From Dictyostelium discoideum (lineage: Eukaryota), in assembly GCA_000004695.1 (NCBI GenBank), contig CM000154.2:1792001-1856000 (forward strand): a stretch of DNA of 64,000 nt. Reading direction: 5' to 3'. The position numbers and the translations under genes were made by a program. Position 1 is the stretch's first letter; every line of letters starts with the position of its first letter. Below, in pieces: positions 34,054-54,364 of this stretch. The notes beneath the pieces were generated by a model. It worked only from the letters and a program-made list of their open reading frames with translations. It was not told the origin of the DNA and did no database searches.

Positions 34054-35595
34054 TCAATCAAAATCTCTTAAATTGTCGATTGAAATTTTTAGTAAACTTT
34101 TATCTTTTGATTTAAAGTAAACACCTTTAGAATTGGTTGAACCAATAAGACAAGGCTCTGGATCGTAATAGTCTTGTAATTTTTTAATTAAATAAGTTTG
34201 AATTTGTGGTTGTTGTTGTTGTTGTTGTTGTTGATGTTGGTGATGTTGATGTAATTGTTGTTTAATAATGATTTTATGATAGTTTTCAGGAGGGTTTGGA
34301 TCGATTGTTAAAGTGATTTCCGAAGAATTTGAATTGGTAGTTGTAATAAATGTTGGAAATATTGCTACTATACTATCATCATTTGAATCCTTTTTAAAGA
34401 TTACAGAATTGGTTGAAATAGATCTTGAGTTTTGAATATTTAAATTTGAACAAATGGACTTATTAATTTGTTTGGAAATTTCTTTCTCCAATTGAATCTC
34501 TTCATTTAATTTTGTTACTAAATTCTTTAATTTTAAATTTTGTTCCTTTTCCATCTTTAATTGAAATTCCAATTGTTCCATACTAAGTTTTAATTTTTTA
34601 TTTTCATTTGCTGTTGCATTTATTAAATTTTGAAGTTGTTGACTTTGATTTGAAAAATTTGATTGATTATTTGGTTTATTTGGTTTATTTTGATTTTGAT
34701 CTTGATCTTGTAAAAAATTAAATATATTATTATTATTATTATTATTATTATTTATATTATTATTATTATTTTTATTTATATTATTATTATTATTATTTCT
34801 ATTTGGAGATACCATTTCTATTTGTGGGGTTGGTGGTACTATGTAACCTTCATTTAGAGATGTTAAACTATTTAATTTTACTTTTTTAAATGATCTTGTA
34901 TCTTGTACTTCACGTATATCTGTAGTTTCTTCGACAATACTAAAGTCATCATAAGAATCGCTATCTTCTTTATTAGTAATACTATCTTCGTCATTTTCTT
35001 CTTCTTCTTCTTCTTCTTGTTCTTCATCGCCACCATTTAAACTTGTATTACTACTACTACCATTGGTAACATTTGTATTTGTATTATTATTTGAACTTAT
35101 GGCATTATTTGCATTTTGTCTTCTTGTCATCATTGATCCATTTGATGTCTGTCAATTGTGTGTATATATATATAATAATAATAATAATAAATAAAAAATA
35201 TTAATTAATTAATTTATGAATTAATTAATGAATGATTAATTTAATATGGTTTACCAATAAATTTTAAATAAAGTCAAAGTAAAGATTTTTACAGTTGGAG
35301 TTTGTGGAGGTGAAGAATCAATTTGTTGTGATGTTTTTTGAAGTGCTAAGTTCTTCATTGATAAAGAATGCTTTTGGTTCTTAATCTTTGATTTAATTTG
35401 TTCCAATGTATAAACGCCTTTAAATGGTGTTGTGCCTGACAAGATTTCAACGATTTCCATATCTTTTGTGTAAAGTTTAGTCGCCAACATCGTCTGATAT
35501 TGACTAAATAACTTGGCTGCAACATCTTCAGGCCATAAAACTTTCTTATTAGTTACAAACCTTATATTAATACCTCTATTATTTGGTGTATCCAT
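34054..35595 (-). CDS. Hypothetical coiled-coil protein (465 aa). Exons 35595..35293 and 35148..34054.
   Basis: ORF 35251..35595 ends at ACT|gtaaaa. The acceptor gacag|ACATCA joins it in frame to ORF 34054..35133. The N-terminal 100 aa form a compact globular region (INIRFVTNKKVLWPEDVAAKLFSQYQTMLATKLYTKDMEIVEIL). The middle is an Asn-rich linker and a Leu-heptad coiled coil, and the C-terminus is polyQ/H. No family recognised. Confidence 0.55.
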
Positions 35596-35956
35596 TTTTC
35601 TTTCTCGACTTGTTTCTTAATATATTTTTTTTTTTTTTATTTTTTTAAAAAAAAGAAAAAAATTGAATCTAATCTTTATTTTTTGAGTTAACCTCTAAAT
35701 GGCGCAGATTTTATATTATTTTTTTGTTTTTTTTTTTTTGTATTTTTAAAATAAGTTTTTGAAAAAAAAAAAATAAAAAAAATAAAAATAAAAATAAAAA
35801 AATAAAAATAAAAAAATAAAAAAAAAAAATATAAAAAAATATAAATATGAAAATAAAGTAAGTAATGTGTTATTAATAAATGGGAATTTTATTATTATAT
35901 TTGAATTATTGTTATTATATGATCTTTATAATCTATCCAAAAAATTATTTGTTTTT

Positions 35957-36006
<50 letters not shown>

Positions 36007-36648
36007 TTTTGGGGGAAGGTTTGAAAAAAAAATAATCAAAATTAAAAAAAGTTTTGACTTTTGGATTCGGAAAAAAAAAAAACTAAATATTTATTATAAC
36101 CCAACTGATGCTGACTATGATTTGCTTTATTTTTTTTTTTTTTTTTTTTTATTTTATTAATTTTTTAAGTTTTTTATTTTATTAAATTATATTTGATTGG
36201 TATTTCGATTATTAAATAAACCAAACCACACCTTTTATTTGTTTATTTATGGTTTTAACTTTTTTTTTTTTTTTTTTTTTGATTAAAAACAAAAATTAAA
36301 ATAAAAAAATAAATTAAAATAAAAAAAAAAAAAAAAAGTTAAATCCTGGATTTTATGTCAAAATTTTAAATTATCAATAAAAAGTCTAAAAATTTTAATT
36401 ATTACAATCAAATATTGTTTGTATTAAATAATTAATAATTATTTTTATCAAAGTTTTTGGTTTTAACCACTAATTCTCCAAATTAAAGAGTAGATTTTTT
36501 TAAAACCAAATTTGTGTAGAGTGGGATTAAATTTTTGGGTTTCAATAATAATAAAAAGTATGGAAAATAAAAACTTTAATGGCCACTCTCGCCTTTGGTC
36601 CTTTATCATAAAATTTCAACACCCATCTCACAAAACAAAAACAAAAAC

Positions 36649-36679
<31 letters not shown>

Positions 36680-37071
36680 AAATTTTGAAAAAAAAAAAAA
36701 ACCATTTCCCAATCCACCAGATTTTAGTGGATAAGAATTTGGTTGACATAAAATAATAACTAGAATTTAATTTAAAAAATTATTAAAAGTAGTTCCAATA
36801 TATGACAACTCCTTTTTTTTTTCTTTTTAAAAGAAAAAAAAACAAATGGACAAAGGGAATCTTAATGAAATTTTTATTTTCCATAAAAATATTTTTTTTT
36901 TTTAATAATTGTTTTTTAAAAATATTTTATGGAAAAAAAAAAAGAAATTTCAATAAAATAATAATAAATATAAAAAATAAAATCTAAATTCTTAATTAAA
37001 TACAACATTTTTTATTTTATTTACTATATTTTTTTTTTTTTTTTTTTAATTTTAATTTTTTTTTCCCCAAT

Positions 37072-40587
<3,516 letters not shown>

Positions 40588-41964
40588 TTTATTGATATTT
40601 TATGACTTTTTTTTTTTTTGTTTTTTTTTTATTTTGTTTTTTTTTTTTTGGTTTTGGTTTTGTTTTTGTTTTGTTTTTTTTTTTATTATTATTAGAAAAA
40701 CGAATTAGAAAAAAAAAAATAATAATAATAATAATAAATAATATATAAAAATAAATAGATAAATAAATAAATAAATAAATAAATAAATTAATTAATTAAA
40801 TTAATAACTGAGAGGAAAAAAAAAATATTTTGATTTTTTTTCTTTTTTTTATTTTTTTTTTTTAAAAAAAAAAAATATCTTTTTTTATTAAAATAATTGA
40901 TGGGTTCTTTTTTTTTAAAAAAAAAAATTTTATTATAAAGAAAATGAAAAAAAAAAAAATGAAAAATAAAAATTAAAATAAAAAAAATAAAATGTACAAA
41001 AAAAAAAAGATACAAAATTAATAAATACAAATAGTGAACGTTTTACAAGAAATAGTATAAAAGTTTACAAAAAAAAATATAGATCATATGGCAAAAGAAA
41101 AAAAAAAAATAAAAAAATAAAAATAACAAAAAAAAATGCTAAAAAGAAAAAAAAAAAAAAAAAAAAAAAAAAAATAATTTAAAAAAAAAAAAAAAAAAAA
41201 AACGGTCAAAGCCATAGCCTTTTTATAATAACAATGAAAACACTTTTTTCTTTTTCTTTTTTATTTTTTATTTTATTTTTTTTTTTTTTTTTTCTTTTAA
41301 AATGAAGTATAAAAAAAAAAAAAAAAAAAAATGCTTGCACCAGTCAATCAATCATTATTATTTTTATTTGCAGGGAGAAAGATTTGTTTTTTTTTTTTCA
41401 AACAAGCAAAATAAAAATTTTTATTTTTTTAATTATTTTGTTTTATTTTTTTTTTATTTTTTTTTTTTGGTCATTGGAACGAATTTTATTTTTATTTTTA
41501 TTTTTATTTTTATTTTACTTAAATTGGCAATCCCATATTCATGAAATTAATTACCAAAGAAAATTTGGACCCATCGATTTTTTAATATTAATATAAAAAA
41601 AATTGATATTTATTTTTTATTTTTTTTATTTTTTTTTATTTTTTTTTATTTTTTTTATTTTTTTTTTATTTTTTTTTTTTTTTTTTTCGATTGTCATATA
41701 AAAATTTGCGCTTTTGTTTTTTTTTTATTTTTTTATTTTTTTCTTTCTTTTTTTTTTCTTTCTTTTATTTTTTCATTTTTTTTTTTTTTATTTTTATATT
41801 TTTTTTTTATTAATCACACATTACCTGTGGTAATAATAATAATAATAAATAATAATAATAATAATATTATTAATATTATTATAATAATAGTTATTTTTAA
41901 TTTAATTATTACCATCATTATTGTAATAAAATAATAATAATTATTAAAATAATAATAATAAAAA

Positions 41965-41995
<31 letters not shown>

Positions 41996-42140
41996 AATAA
42001 ATTATTATTAATAATAAAAATAACAATATAATCAAGAAAATACCACCCACATACTATTCACACACAAATAATATACTTTAAACGTTTATTATTTTTATTT
42101 TTTTAAATTTTTTTTTTTTTTTTTTATAAATAATATTAAC

Positions 42141-44204
<2,064 letters not shown>

Positions 44205-44784
44205 TTAATGAAACATAAAATCATTTTTTTTTTTCTATTCATTTTTTTTTTCCCAACCCCCCATTCATACTTTTATCCTTTTTTCCTCTTTTTTTTTTCC
44301 CTCCTCTTCTTACTACTCCTCCTTCTCTATTTATATTAAATCCAATAATTATTCTTCAATTTTGGAAATTCAAAAAAAAAAAAAAAAAAAAAACTAGATG
44401 TAATCTATCATTTAAGTGATTTACCATAACCAATTGATAGAACTGATGTCAATCCACTGCGCAGTGAATGAAGAATCAGATGGACCATTATTATTACTAT
44501 TATTATTATTATTATTACATCTTCAAATGGGACACCTCATCTAAAAGATAGGCTGATTCTTTTTTTTTTTTTTTTTTTTTTTACACAACACCAGTAAAAA
44601 AAAAAGAAAAAAAACTATAAATAAAAAAAAAAAAAACATTAAGTTTTTTTTTTTTTTAGAAATTAAACAAAAAATAAAGAAATAAATAATTTTAAAATAA
44701 AGATTAAGAATACTTAATTCTTTTCATTCTATAACATTAAAATCTTTTAATTAATTAATTTATTTATTTTTCTTATTATTATTA

Positions 44785-47502
44785 TTATTTTTGGTTATAT
44801 AAATAATTGAATTCATTGATTGTTAATGAATTTTTTAAATCTATAAAATAAGGATTATTAATTTTTTCAATATATTTTAAAAAAGAATAATTATGAGATT
44901 CTAAAAGATAATATAAAATTTTTATATTATATTGATCACCAATAAAATGTTTAACATAAAATAATAAATTTTGGTGATCACTAGTACTGTTATCATTATC
45001 ATTTCTATTGAAATAATTTAACATTATTAAATTTATAATATTAAAATCTTTATTATTAATTACCACTTCCATAAATTTTGATAACTCTAATGAATATCTA
45101 TGAGTGAATTTATCTAATGTTTCAAATGGTGAAAAGAATCTTTTTGTTAAAAGTTCATTATCATTTTTGAAAGATGCAACAATATATTTAAAAACATCTT
45201 CCATTTCAATTCTAGTTTGAATACCATTTTGTAGAATTTGATGTAATGTTAATTGTGGTGTATTAAATGATATCATTCCTTTAATATCAACCCATGTGAA
45301 AAATTCAAATAATTTAATTTGATTTGTACCATTGAATTTTTTAATATAATGAATCATAAAATATAAATTATAATTTATATTACAACTTTTACAATTATCA
45401 ACAATATATTTTAAATAATTAAAAAATTCATTAGGAATTTGTTTCATTGGTTTCTTAAATAAATAAATTTGATCACCATCTTTAATTGAACCAGTTTTGT
45501 TGAAATAATATTCAAGTAATGATATTGAATTCGTATTTGTAATTATTTCATTATTTAAAATATTTGGAATTGTTACTGATTTAAATGATTCTATAATCAT
45601 TTCTTTAACTGAAAACCAATCGTGTAAAAATGAAAAACCTTTAAAATTATTTAAAATGAATTCATAGATTTCAATTGATTTAACTCTTTTGAAAATATTA
45701 TTTATATTATAGAAATTATTTTCTCTATCCCAATTGCAACCATTTGCATTTTTTCTAAAACCATATAAAATATTTGCTGGCATTTTAAGAATTGTATCAT
45801 GTTTTAAAATACTTTCCAATTCTTTAAATGTAATTTTTACAAATTCAAAATCATTATATTGAATAATTAATTGAAGAAATATTATTGGATGAAGTTTAAA
45901 TTTATCAAAATTAAATTTAATTTCATTACAAACTTGATTTATAAATTGGATTTGATTTGATCTATTAAAACATTTATTAAATAATAAAGGAGTGGTTGTT
46001 TCAAATAATTCTAATAATCTGGTTGATGATCCAAAAAATCCATTTTTAATTACTTCATTTAAAATACTTGAATTTGTTGACTTTTTAATTAAATTACCAA
46101 ATGAATCTTCTTTTAAATTTATATTTTTATTATTACAATAAACTAGGTCCAACTTTGGTGAAATATATTGATTCATTACTTGGTACCATCTTGATAATAA
46201 ATCAAAATTTGCAAATCTTAAAGCACTAACTTCACATCCATTGAAACTATTAATATTTTTATCAATCTTTTCAATATGTTGGAAATTATCATAATCAGTT
46301 TGTTTATAATATTTGTAATAATATAAAGGTGATGAGATATTTAATGTAATTTCTCTAATAGTTAAAAACATTTTTAATAATAATTCAACATTTTTAATTG
46401 ATGATTCTACCATTGATATTTTTAATTTTAATAATTTTTTATCAAATTCCATAGAGTTTAATTTTTCAATTGTTAAAATAAAATCACTATTATTATTATT
46501 TTTATTCTCACAATTTTGATTGTTAGTTGATTTAATAATTATTGAAATTGATTTACAAATGTTTAAAAGAAATTCAACTTTAAAATCTGATGAAAGTGGA
46601 CAAAATTCATATATTATTTTAAATGATTTATAAAATGGATGATTTGAATTTGATGGAGGATTAATACCCTTTTTAATTAAAAAAAAGTTATAAAGTTTAA
46701 TATATGTACAAATACAATTAAAAAAATCATTTTCAATTAAACATTGAGATAATCCTTCTGAAAATGGTTTATGATGTTGATTTATATGAATATGTTTTGT
46801 TGAAAATGAATTTCTTGAAATTCCTAATAATTGTTTACCAACTTCTTTTAAAAAACAATTTGAAATTTCATCCCAAATTTTAATTTCATTATTTTTACAT
46901 ATAAAAAATTCATTAACACTACCACTACCACTACCACCACTAGAGTTACAATTTTTATATAATAATTTTCTAACTTTATTTAATGTTTTACAATGATGAA
47001 GTGAATTTGAATTTGAATTACTGTCTAAAATTAAATCAAATTTTAAAGGATTTAAATAATAATTATAACCATATTTTTCTTTACATAAAACTTTAAAAGC
47101 TGGTATATTATTTGAATTTACAGTTACAGAAATTAAATGATTTAATAAACTATCACCTCTATGACCTGGAATAATTGAATTATAAAATCTTTTAAAAAAA
47201 TTAAAAAATACTAATTCATCATAATCTTTTGTTTTTTGATTATTTTTAATTGGTGAAAGAAATGAAAAAATATTAAATTCATAAGTTTTACAATCCAATT
47301 CTAAATAATGATCATTTAATAATTTATATTTTAATGTATTCCTATAACCATTTTTAATTAACCATTTAATTGAATAAATTGGTCTTAATGAACTACCAAT
47401 TGTATCAATTTGATATCTACTAATATTAAATAAAATTATTTTAAATAAATAAATATTTCTAATAATTTTCCAAAATAAAATTTCATTATTATTAATATTC
47501 AT
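44785..47502 (-). CDS. Hypothetical large Asn/Ile/Phe/Lys-rich protein (905 aa), single exon
   Basis: Uninterrupted 2.7-kb ORF with coding-like composition, an ATG at 47502 in an A-rich context, and no recognisable motif. Confidence 0.55.
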   Translation of the reverse strand: MNINNNEILFWKIIRNIYLFKIILFNISRYQIDTIGSSLRPIYSIKWLIKNGYRNTLKYKLLNDHYLELDCKTYEFNIFSFLSPIKNNQKTKDYDELVFFNFFKRFYNSIIPGHRGDSLLNHLISVTVNSNNIPAFKVLCKEKYGYNYYLNPLKFDLILDSNSNSNSLHHCKTLNKVRKLLYKNCNSSGGSGSGSVNEFFICKNNEIKIWDEISNCFLKEVGKQLLGISRNSFSTKHIHINQHHKPFSEGLSQCLIENDFFNCICTYIKLYNFFLIKKGINPPSNSNHPFYKSFKIIYEFCPLSSDFKVEFLLNICKSISIIIKSTNNQNCENKNNNNSDFILTIEKLNSMEFDKKLLKLKISMVESSIKNVELLLKMFLTIREITLNISSPLYYYKYYKQTDYDNFQHIEKIDKNINSFNGCEVSALRFANFDLLSRWYQVMNQYISPKLDLVYCNNKNINLKEDSFGNLIKKSTNSSILNEVIKNGFFGSSTRLLELFETTTPLLFNKCFNRSNQIQFINQVCNEIKFNFDKFKLHPIIFLQLIIQYNDFEFVKITFKELESILKHDTILKMPANILYGFRKNANGCNWDRENNFYNINNIFKRVKSIEIYEFILNNFKGFSFLHDWFSVKEMIIESFKSVTIPNILNNEIITNTNSISLLEYYFNKTGSIKDGDQIYLFKKPMKQIPNEFFNYLKYIVDNCKSCNINYNLYFMIHYIKKFNGTNQIKLFEFFTWVDIKGMISFNTPQLTLHQILQNGIQTRIEMEDVFKYIVASFKNDNELLTKRFFSPFETLDKFTHRYSLELSKFMEVVINNKDFNIINLIMLNYFNRNDNDNSTSDHQNLLFYVKHFIGDQYNIKILYYLLESHNYSFLKYIEKINNPYFIDLKNSLTINEFNYLYNQK

Positions 47503-47546
47503 TTTTTATTATTTATTTATTATTAATAATTATTAATTATTTTTTT

Positions 47547-47581
<35 letters not shown>

Positions 47582-47698
47582 AAAAAAAAAACCAAAAAAA
47601 ATAAAAAAATAAAAAAATTAAAAAAACCATCACGATCTTTTTAAGATTTAAAAATAAAAATAAAAAATTAATTGGTAAACTACACTTTTACTTGCTCC

Positions 47699-47737
<39 letters not shown>

Positions 47738-47850
47738 TTGTAAATTACATTTCTATTTTATTCATTTATTAATTTCTTTAATTATTTTTTTTTATTATTT
47801 TTATTAATTAATTATATATTTAATTATTTATTTATTAAAATTTAAAAAGT

Positions 47851-49692
47851 TTAAATCAATGCATGAATTTTCTTAAGATCTTCAATTGAGAAAGCGGCAT
47901 ATCTTTCACACCACTCTTCACAATTCTTATTATAGTTGTTAACATCGTCACGATAGACACCAGCTTTAACAACATCAAGTGGATCATGTGGGTTTGGTGT
48001 GACAAGTAATTGGGATATACTTAACATAACTTTAGAAATTGTTAAAGCTGGACTCCAACTATCCTTTAAAATATCTAAACAAATATTACCATCATTATTA
48101 ATATTACAATGATAAATCTTTGTTAAAAATCTAATCTCTAAAATATGAAAAATTAAAAAATGAAGTTAGTATTTTTAAAATAATAATAATATTATAATAA
48201 ATTTTAAAAATATGAACATACTTGGAGCGGACATTGGATAATTATCTGGGAAATTTACAGATAATGCAAATAAACCTTTATGATATGGTGATTGTTGTGG
48301 GCCTTGCATAATAATTTTCCAAGCAACTATATTATTTTCATCCAAGAATAAAGTGAATTGTGAATAAGGACCATGGGATGAAATTTCTTCTTTAAAGTTT
48401 TTATATTCCTTGAAAACACGTCTACTTGCACCAGTAAACTTTGATTCTGCAGTTGAACTTGTATCAATTGTTTGTTTCAATTGAACATTTTGGAAAGCAG
48501 GTTCAACCTTACGTTCAATTGTTTTTTGATAAGTTCCACTGACTTTATTAAAATCAAGTTTTGTTTTAATATCCAATGAGAATGGTTTGAAATTATCACG
48601 AGCTGATAAAGATAACAAAGCTTCACGTTCAAATAATTCCACACCTTCTAATGACGAATCTGCAATGAAACAACTTCCACCTGTTGCCTGTGAAAATGAC
48701 GATAAACGCTCTCTACCATCTAAACCAATTGGAATTGAATCTAAAATGATATTATGTTTTTTCATGTATTGATAAACTGGATATGGGTCAAAGTTACTAT
48801 TATCTTCACCATCGGTTAAACAAAATACTCTAAGCATTGGATTAGACGATAATTTTAAACCACCAGTAGCAGCAGCATCGCAACTTTCTTTAAATTTAAC
48901 CAATGTTTCAGCAGCTAATTGAATTGCTTCAAATAATCTAGTTTTACATTGATTGGCAACAACTTCACCCAATTCAGTTGAGAAAGAATCGAAATTTCTT
49001 GTTAAATCAAATGTTAACTCTATTCTTTCACCAAATGTTACAAGTCCAACTGCAACTGGTACCTCTAATGATATTGCTTTATCAGTGAATGTTTGAAATA
49101 ATGTTTGTGCCAATTCAATTCTTGACATTTCAAGTTCACCTGGTACTCTACTACCTTTAAATGCTGCACTCTTCATTGATCCTGACAAATCCAATACAAT
49201 AACATCCAATTGTTTAATTTCTGATTCATATAATTCAACTTGTTTTTTAATTGGTTCTGTTGAGTTTAATGAATCTTTTTGTTGTTGTTGTTGTTGATTA
49301 TTATTATTATTGTTATTTAAATCAAGTTTATTTAATTGGGTGGAAATTAAATTTTCACCACTACTATTATCAGATGCTTGATTTGGTACAGATGTTGATG
49401 GTTCAATTGATGGTGGAGTTGTAGTTGATGTAGTTGTAGTTGTGGTTGTGGTTGTTGTATTGATATCAATTGAAGGATCAAATAATACTAGTTCTGAGGA
49501 ATCTAAAATATTCAACTCTTCTAAAGTATCCTCTTCAAATAATTCTGCATTTTGATATTCTAATTTATATTCTACATTTGTTGATAAATTTCCTCTTTTG
49601 ACAATTTCTTTAATAAATTCTTTAACGGTCAATGTTTTTTTAAATGGTACCCCAATCTTTTTATTTGGTGAAATTTGAATTGAAAGTGGCAT
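47851..49692 (-). CDS. UBL - vWA - ubiquitin-conjugating enzyme (UBC E2) fusion protein (584 aa). Exons 49692..48222 and 48137..47851.
   Basis: ORF 48175..49692 starts with a beta-grasp/UBL-like N-terminus and has a vWA domain with a MIDAS motif ([10 protein letters not shown] ... LTDGEDN). The UBC fold starts at [13 protein letters not shown]...[21 protein letters not shown]. Donor A|gtatgt at 48221 and acceptor ttttag|AG at 48138 add [55 protein letters not shown]..., which carries the catalytic Cys in the HxN...ICLDIL context, then the stop at 47851. Confidence 0.78.
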
Positions 49693-50220
49693 TTATTTAT
49701 TTGTATATTTTTTAAAAAAAAAAAAATTATTTGTTTTTTATTTATTTGTTTTTTATTTATTTGTTTTTATTTATTTGAGAATATATTATATTAAATTTTG
49801 AAAGATGAAAAAAATAAAAAAAAAAAAAAATAATTTTATACTTTTTAATTTCAAGGAATAATAATTCTTTTTTTTTTCCTTTTTTTTTTTTTTCATTAAA
49901 AAAAAAACACTCACAATCCAGTCATCTAAAAAACAAACACAGTCACCCTTTTTTTTTTTTAAATTCTTATAAAATATCTTTTTTTTTTTTTTTTTTTTTT
50001 GAATAGGAGATGATATTTAATTTTTTAAATAAAATAAATGAAATAAATATCTTTTTTTTTTTTTTTTTTGGTGGAAATTTGTTAAAAAAAAGAAAAAAAA
50101 ATAAATTAGAAATTAATAAAAAAAAAAAAAAACCCAGAATGATATGAAAAATTTACATTTATATTTTTATTTATTTTTGATTGTTTTATTTTTATTGTTT
50201 AATTATAATTTCAAATTAAG

Positions 50221-50254
<34 letters not shown>

Positions 50255-50288
50255 TTTAATCTAAAAATATCTATTTAAAGAATTTCCT

Positions 50289-50480
50289 TTAATTTTCTTT
50301 GTTGTATTTTGAAAAGTTTTTCCATTTTTGGTAATAAACTGAGAGAGTAGTAAGAAGATTACCAAGACCAAGACATAAAAATATGAAACCACATGAAAAT
50401 ACTTGCCATTCAACATAACCACTTCTTTGGTATGCGAATGCAAAGAATGAAAATGAATTATATAATTGGAAAAACTGTAG

Positions 50481-50512
<32 letters not shown>

Positions 50513-51500
50513 GAGAATTAGTAAATAACTATTTTAAAAATTTAATAATTAAAAAAATAATAATTAATATATAACTTACTTGTACAAATAATAAAAATGG
50601 AAATAAGAATAAAGCTGATGGTGTCCAACCAGGGTCATTACCCCAACCTTCAGATTCACCAGTTACATCAATAATATTTGCTTTACCCATTGCAACCAAT
50701 TTATAGAGACGACCTTGTTGATAACGATTTGTCAATATTTGAACAAGACCTTGACAACCAGAGAAATAAGTTACTTGTGGGAGGAAATAAGAGAAAGATT
50801 CAGACAATGGGAAGAGTAAATTTGTTAATGAACCAGCAATCGAGAGATAATGATGCATAATCCACCACGGTTTAATTGAACTACCATTAACTAAAAGAAT
50901 ATTTTCACGTAATGCCAATGTGATGTAGTAGTAGAGTAACCAAATCTGCCAACTGGTGGTAACAAAACTACTTTGTGGATATAGTAATAACAATACAACG
51001 AATAAAATGAATTGTGGATTGGTTTTCTTTTTAAATTTCTCATATTCTTGCTTTAATCTAAACTTTTCATTCTCTCTCATATGTTTAACGTTTACTTGTC
51101 CCAAGAATAAACGAACGAAAATACTGCCAGTCTCGGGGGTGAATGATACCTTTGCACGTTTGACATTGACTTTGATTTGATCTAGATGAGCTGATAACTC
51201 TTTGGTGATATCTAATTGTTTCTCTTTTGCATTTAAATGTTTGATTCTACTAATGAGTTGTGATGATTCCTTTTCATGTTTTGCTAATGTATTGGTGATA
51301 TCATCGGCATGTTTAAAAACATCATTAATATCCTTCTTTACTTTAATACCTTTTTCTTTACATTGTTCATGACTTTTTTTTAATTCAAATACTTCATTCT
51401 TTATATCTTGTAATTCTTTTGATATTTGAACTTCATGGGTCGGTGTTGTTGATTTATTGGTAGCTATTGATGACTTTGTTTCAGAGAATGATTCCATCAT
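50289..51500 (-). CDS. TMEM120 (TACAN/TMPIT) family membrane protein (368 aa). Exons 51500..50580 and 50474..50289.
   Basis: ORF 50529..51500 has an N-terminal coiled coil followed by TM helices, colinear with human TMEM120A (LGQVNVKHMRENEKFRLKQEYEKFK, WLLYYYITLALRENILLVNGSSIKPWWIMHHY ~ [29 protein letters not shown]). A CAA|gtaagt donor at 50579 and acceptor ctacag|TTTTTC give FFQLYNSFSFFAFAYQRSGYVEWQVFSCGFIFLCLGLGNLLTTL, matching [43 protein letters not shown]. The listed ORF 50261..50443 is in a different frame and is wrong. Confidence 0.78.
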
Positions 51501-51674
51501 TTTTTATTTTATTTTTTTTTATTTTTTAAAAAAATAAAAAAAATACTTTTTTTTATTTATATATAATATATATATTTATATATTACTTGTATATTATTCT
51601 ATGTATCTATTTCTTTTTTTTATGTGGGGTTTGATTTTTTTTTTTTTTTTAATTTATTATTATTATTTTTATAA

Positions 51675-51713
<39 letters not shown>

Positions 51714-51829
51714 TTTTTTTTTTTTTGTCTTTAAAGAGTAAATAATTTGAATTATAAAATAAAATAAAAAAAGATAACAAAAAAAAAATAAAAAAATAAA
51801 AATAAAAATAAAAATAAATTAAATGAAAA

Positions 51830-51866
<37 letters not shown>

Positions 51867-52032
51867 TTTTCTAAAAAAAAAAAAAAAAAAAAATAAAAAA
51901 AATAAATAAAATAAAAAATAAAATAAAAAAAATAAAAAAAGAAATCAAATTTATGATTTTTTTTTTTTTTTTTTTAGAAAATTAATTTTGTTTTAACCTA
52001 CATTAGATTAATCTAATTATATTTTTGGTTTT

Positions 52033-52069
<37 letters not shown>

Positions 52070-52808
52070 CAAAAAGTAAAAAATTATTTGAATTCTTCCC
52101 AAAATGTTCATTTTTTATTATTATTTATATTATTGACCTATCATTAAAAGCCAAAGAATATATTGATATTTTTGTAAAACAACAAAAAAGATCAAACTGA
52201 TATTTTTAAAAAATTCCACACCCCCTCCATTCTTTTTGATTTTTTTTTTTTTTTTCCTTTCAAATCCATTGGGGGCTAGTTATTTATATCTTTCCAATTA
52301 TGTTTGAATTTTAAAAATCGTTTAAGTAAAAAATTAAAAAATGTTGCATTGTTATTATAAATAGATTTGTAAATTAAAGTTGATTTTTTTTATTTTTATT
52401 TTTATTTTTATTTTTTTTATTTTTTTTTTTATTTTTATTTTCCTCAACTTCATATATAAAAAAAAAAATAATAAATGGTTAATTATAAAAAATATTATAT
52501 TATATTATTAAAATAATAATAATAATAAAAAAAAAATATTTAAATTTTATATCTTGCACAAGTTTGGATGTTTTTTTTTGTTGGCATACATTCCTTTAAA
52601 AGTTTTTAATGACATTCATAATTTTGAAACTTTGGAAGAAAATTATTTTTTTATTTTTTTTGAATTTTTTTATTTTTATTTTTATTTTTTTTTTTTAGTT
52701 TTTTTTTTAATTTTTTTTTTTTTTATTTTTTTTAATTTTTTTTTTTTGATTTCGCACCACATATTATATATATAATTATTTATATATAATAATAATTTAC
52801 AATATAAA

Positions 52809-54008
<1,200 letters not shown>

Positions 54009-54364
54009 TTATTAATTACTTTTTTTTTTCTTTTATAAATAATAAATAATAAAAAATAATAATAATAATAATAATAATAACAATAATAATAATAATAAAA
54101 AAAACTCAAAAAACATGTCAACATTTAAATATCAACAATAACAACACAACAACACATCTATTCATTTCCAACAATTAAAGTATCTTTCTCTTTTTTTTTT
54201 GAAAAAAAAATAAATTAATTAAAAAAAAAAATTAAAAAAATTAAAAAAATTAAAAAAAAAAAAACCAACTTAGTTGGTTTATTATTGAATTTTCTTTTCT
54301 GTTGAATTTTCTGATTTTATTTTTAGAATTTTCCATTTTTTCTTTGAACGTTGAATTCCAAAAT

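Noticed and set aside
36470-36620. GC-richer patch with an 8-bp inverted repeat (tagagtgg ... ccactctc) flanking about 75 nt
   Set aside because: It has no match to the snRNA, snoRNA or class-I RNA features I could test by eye: no box C/D, no DUSE at -60, no Sm site. It is most likely the 3' UTR of the adjacent minus-strand gene, and is mentioned only as a motif in the promoter finding.
50261-50443. 60-aa ORF (MHSHTKEVVML...) on the minus strand
   Set aside because: It is in the wrong frame. The same interval in another frame is the terminal exon of the TMEM120 gene (FFQLYNSF...), reached by a CAA|gtaagt splice, and that reading aligns to human TMEM120A.
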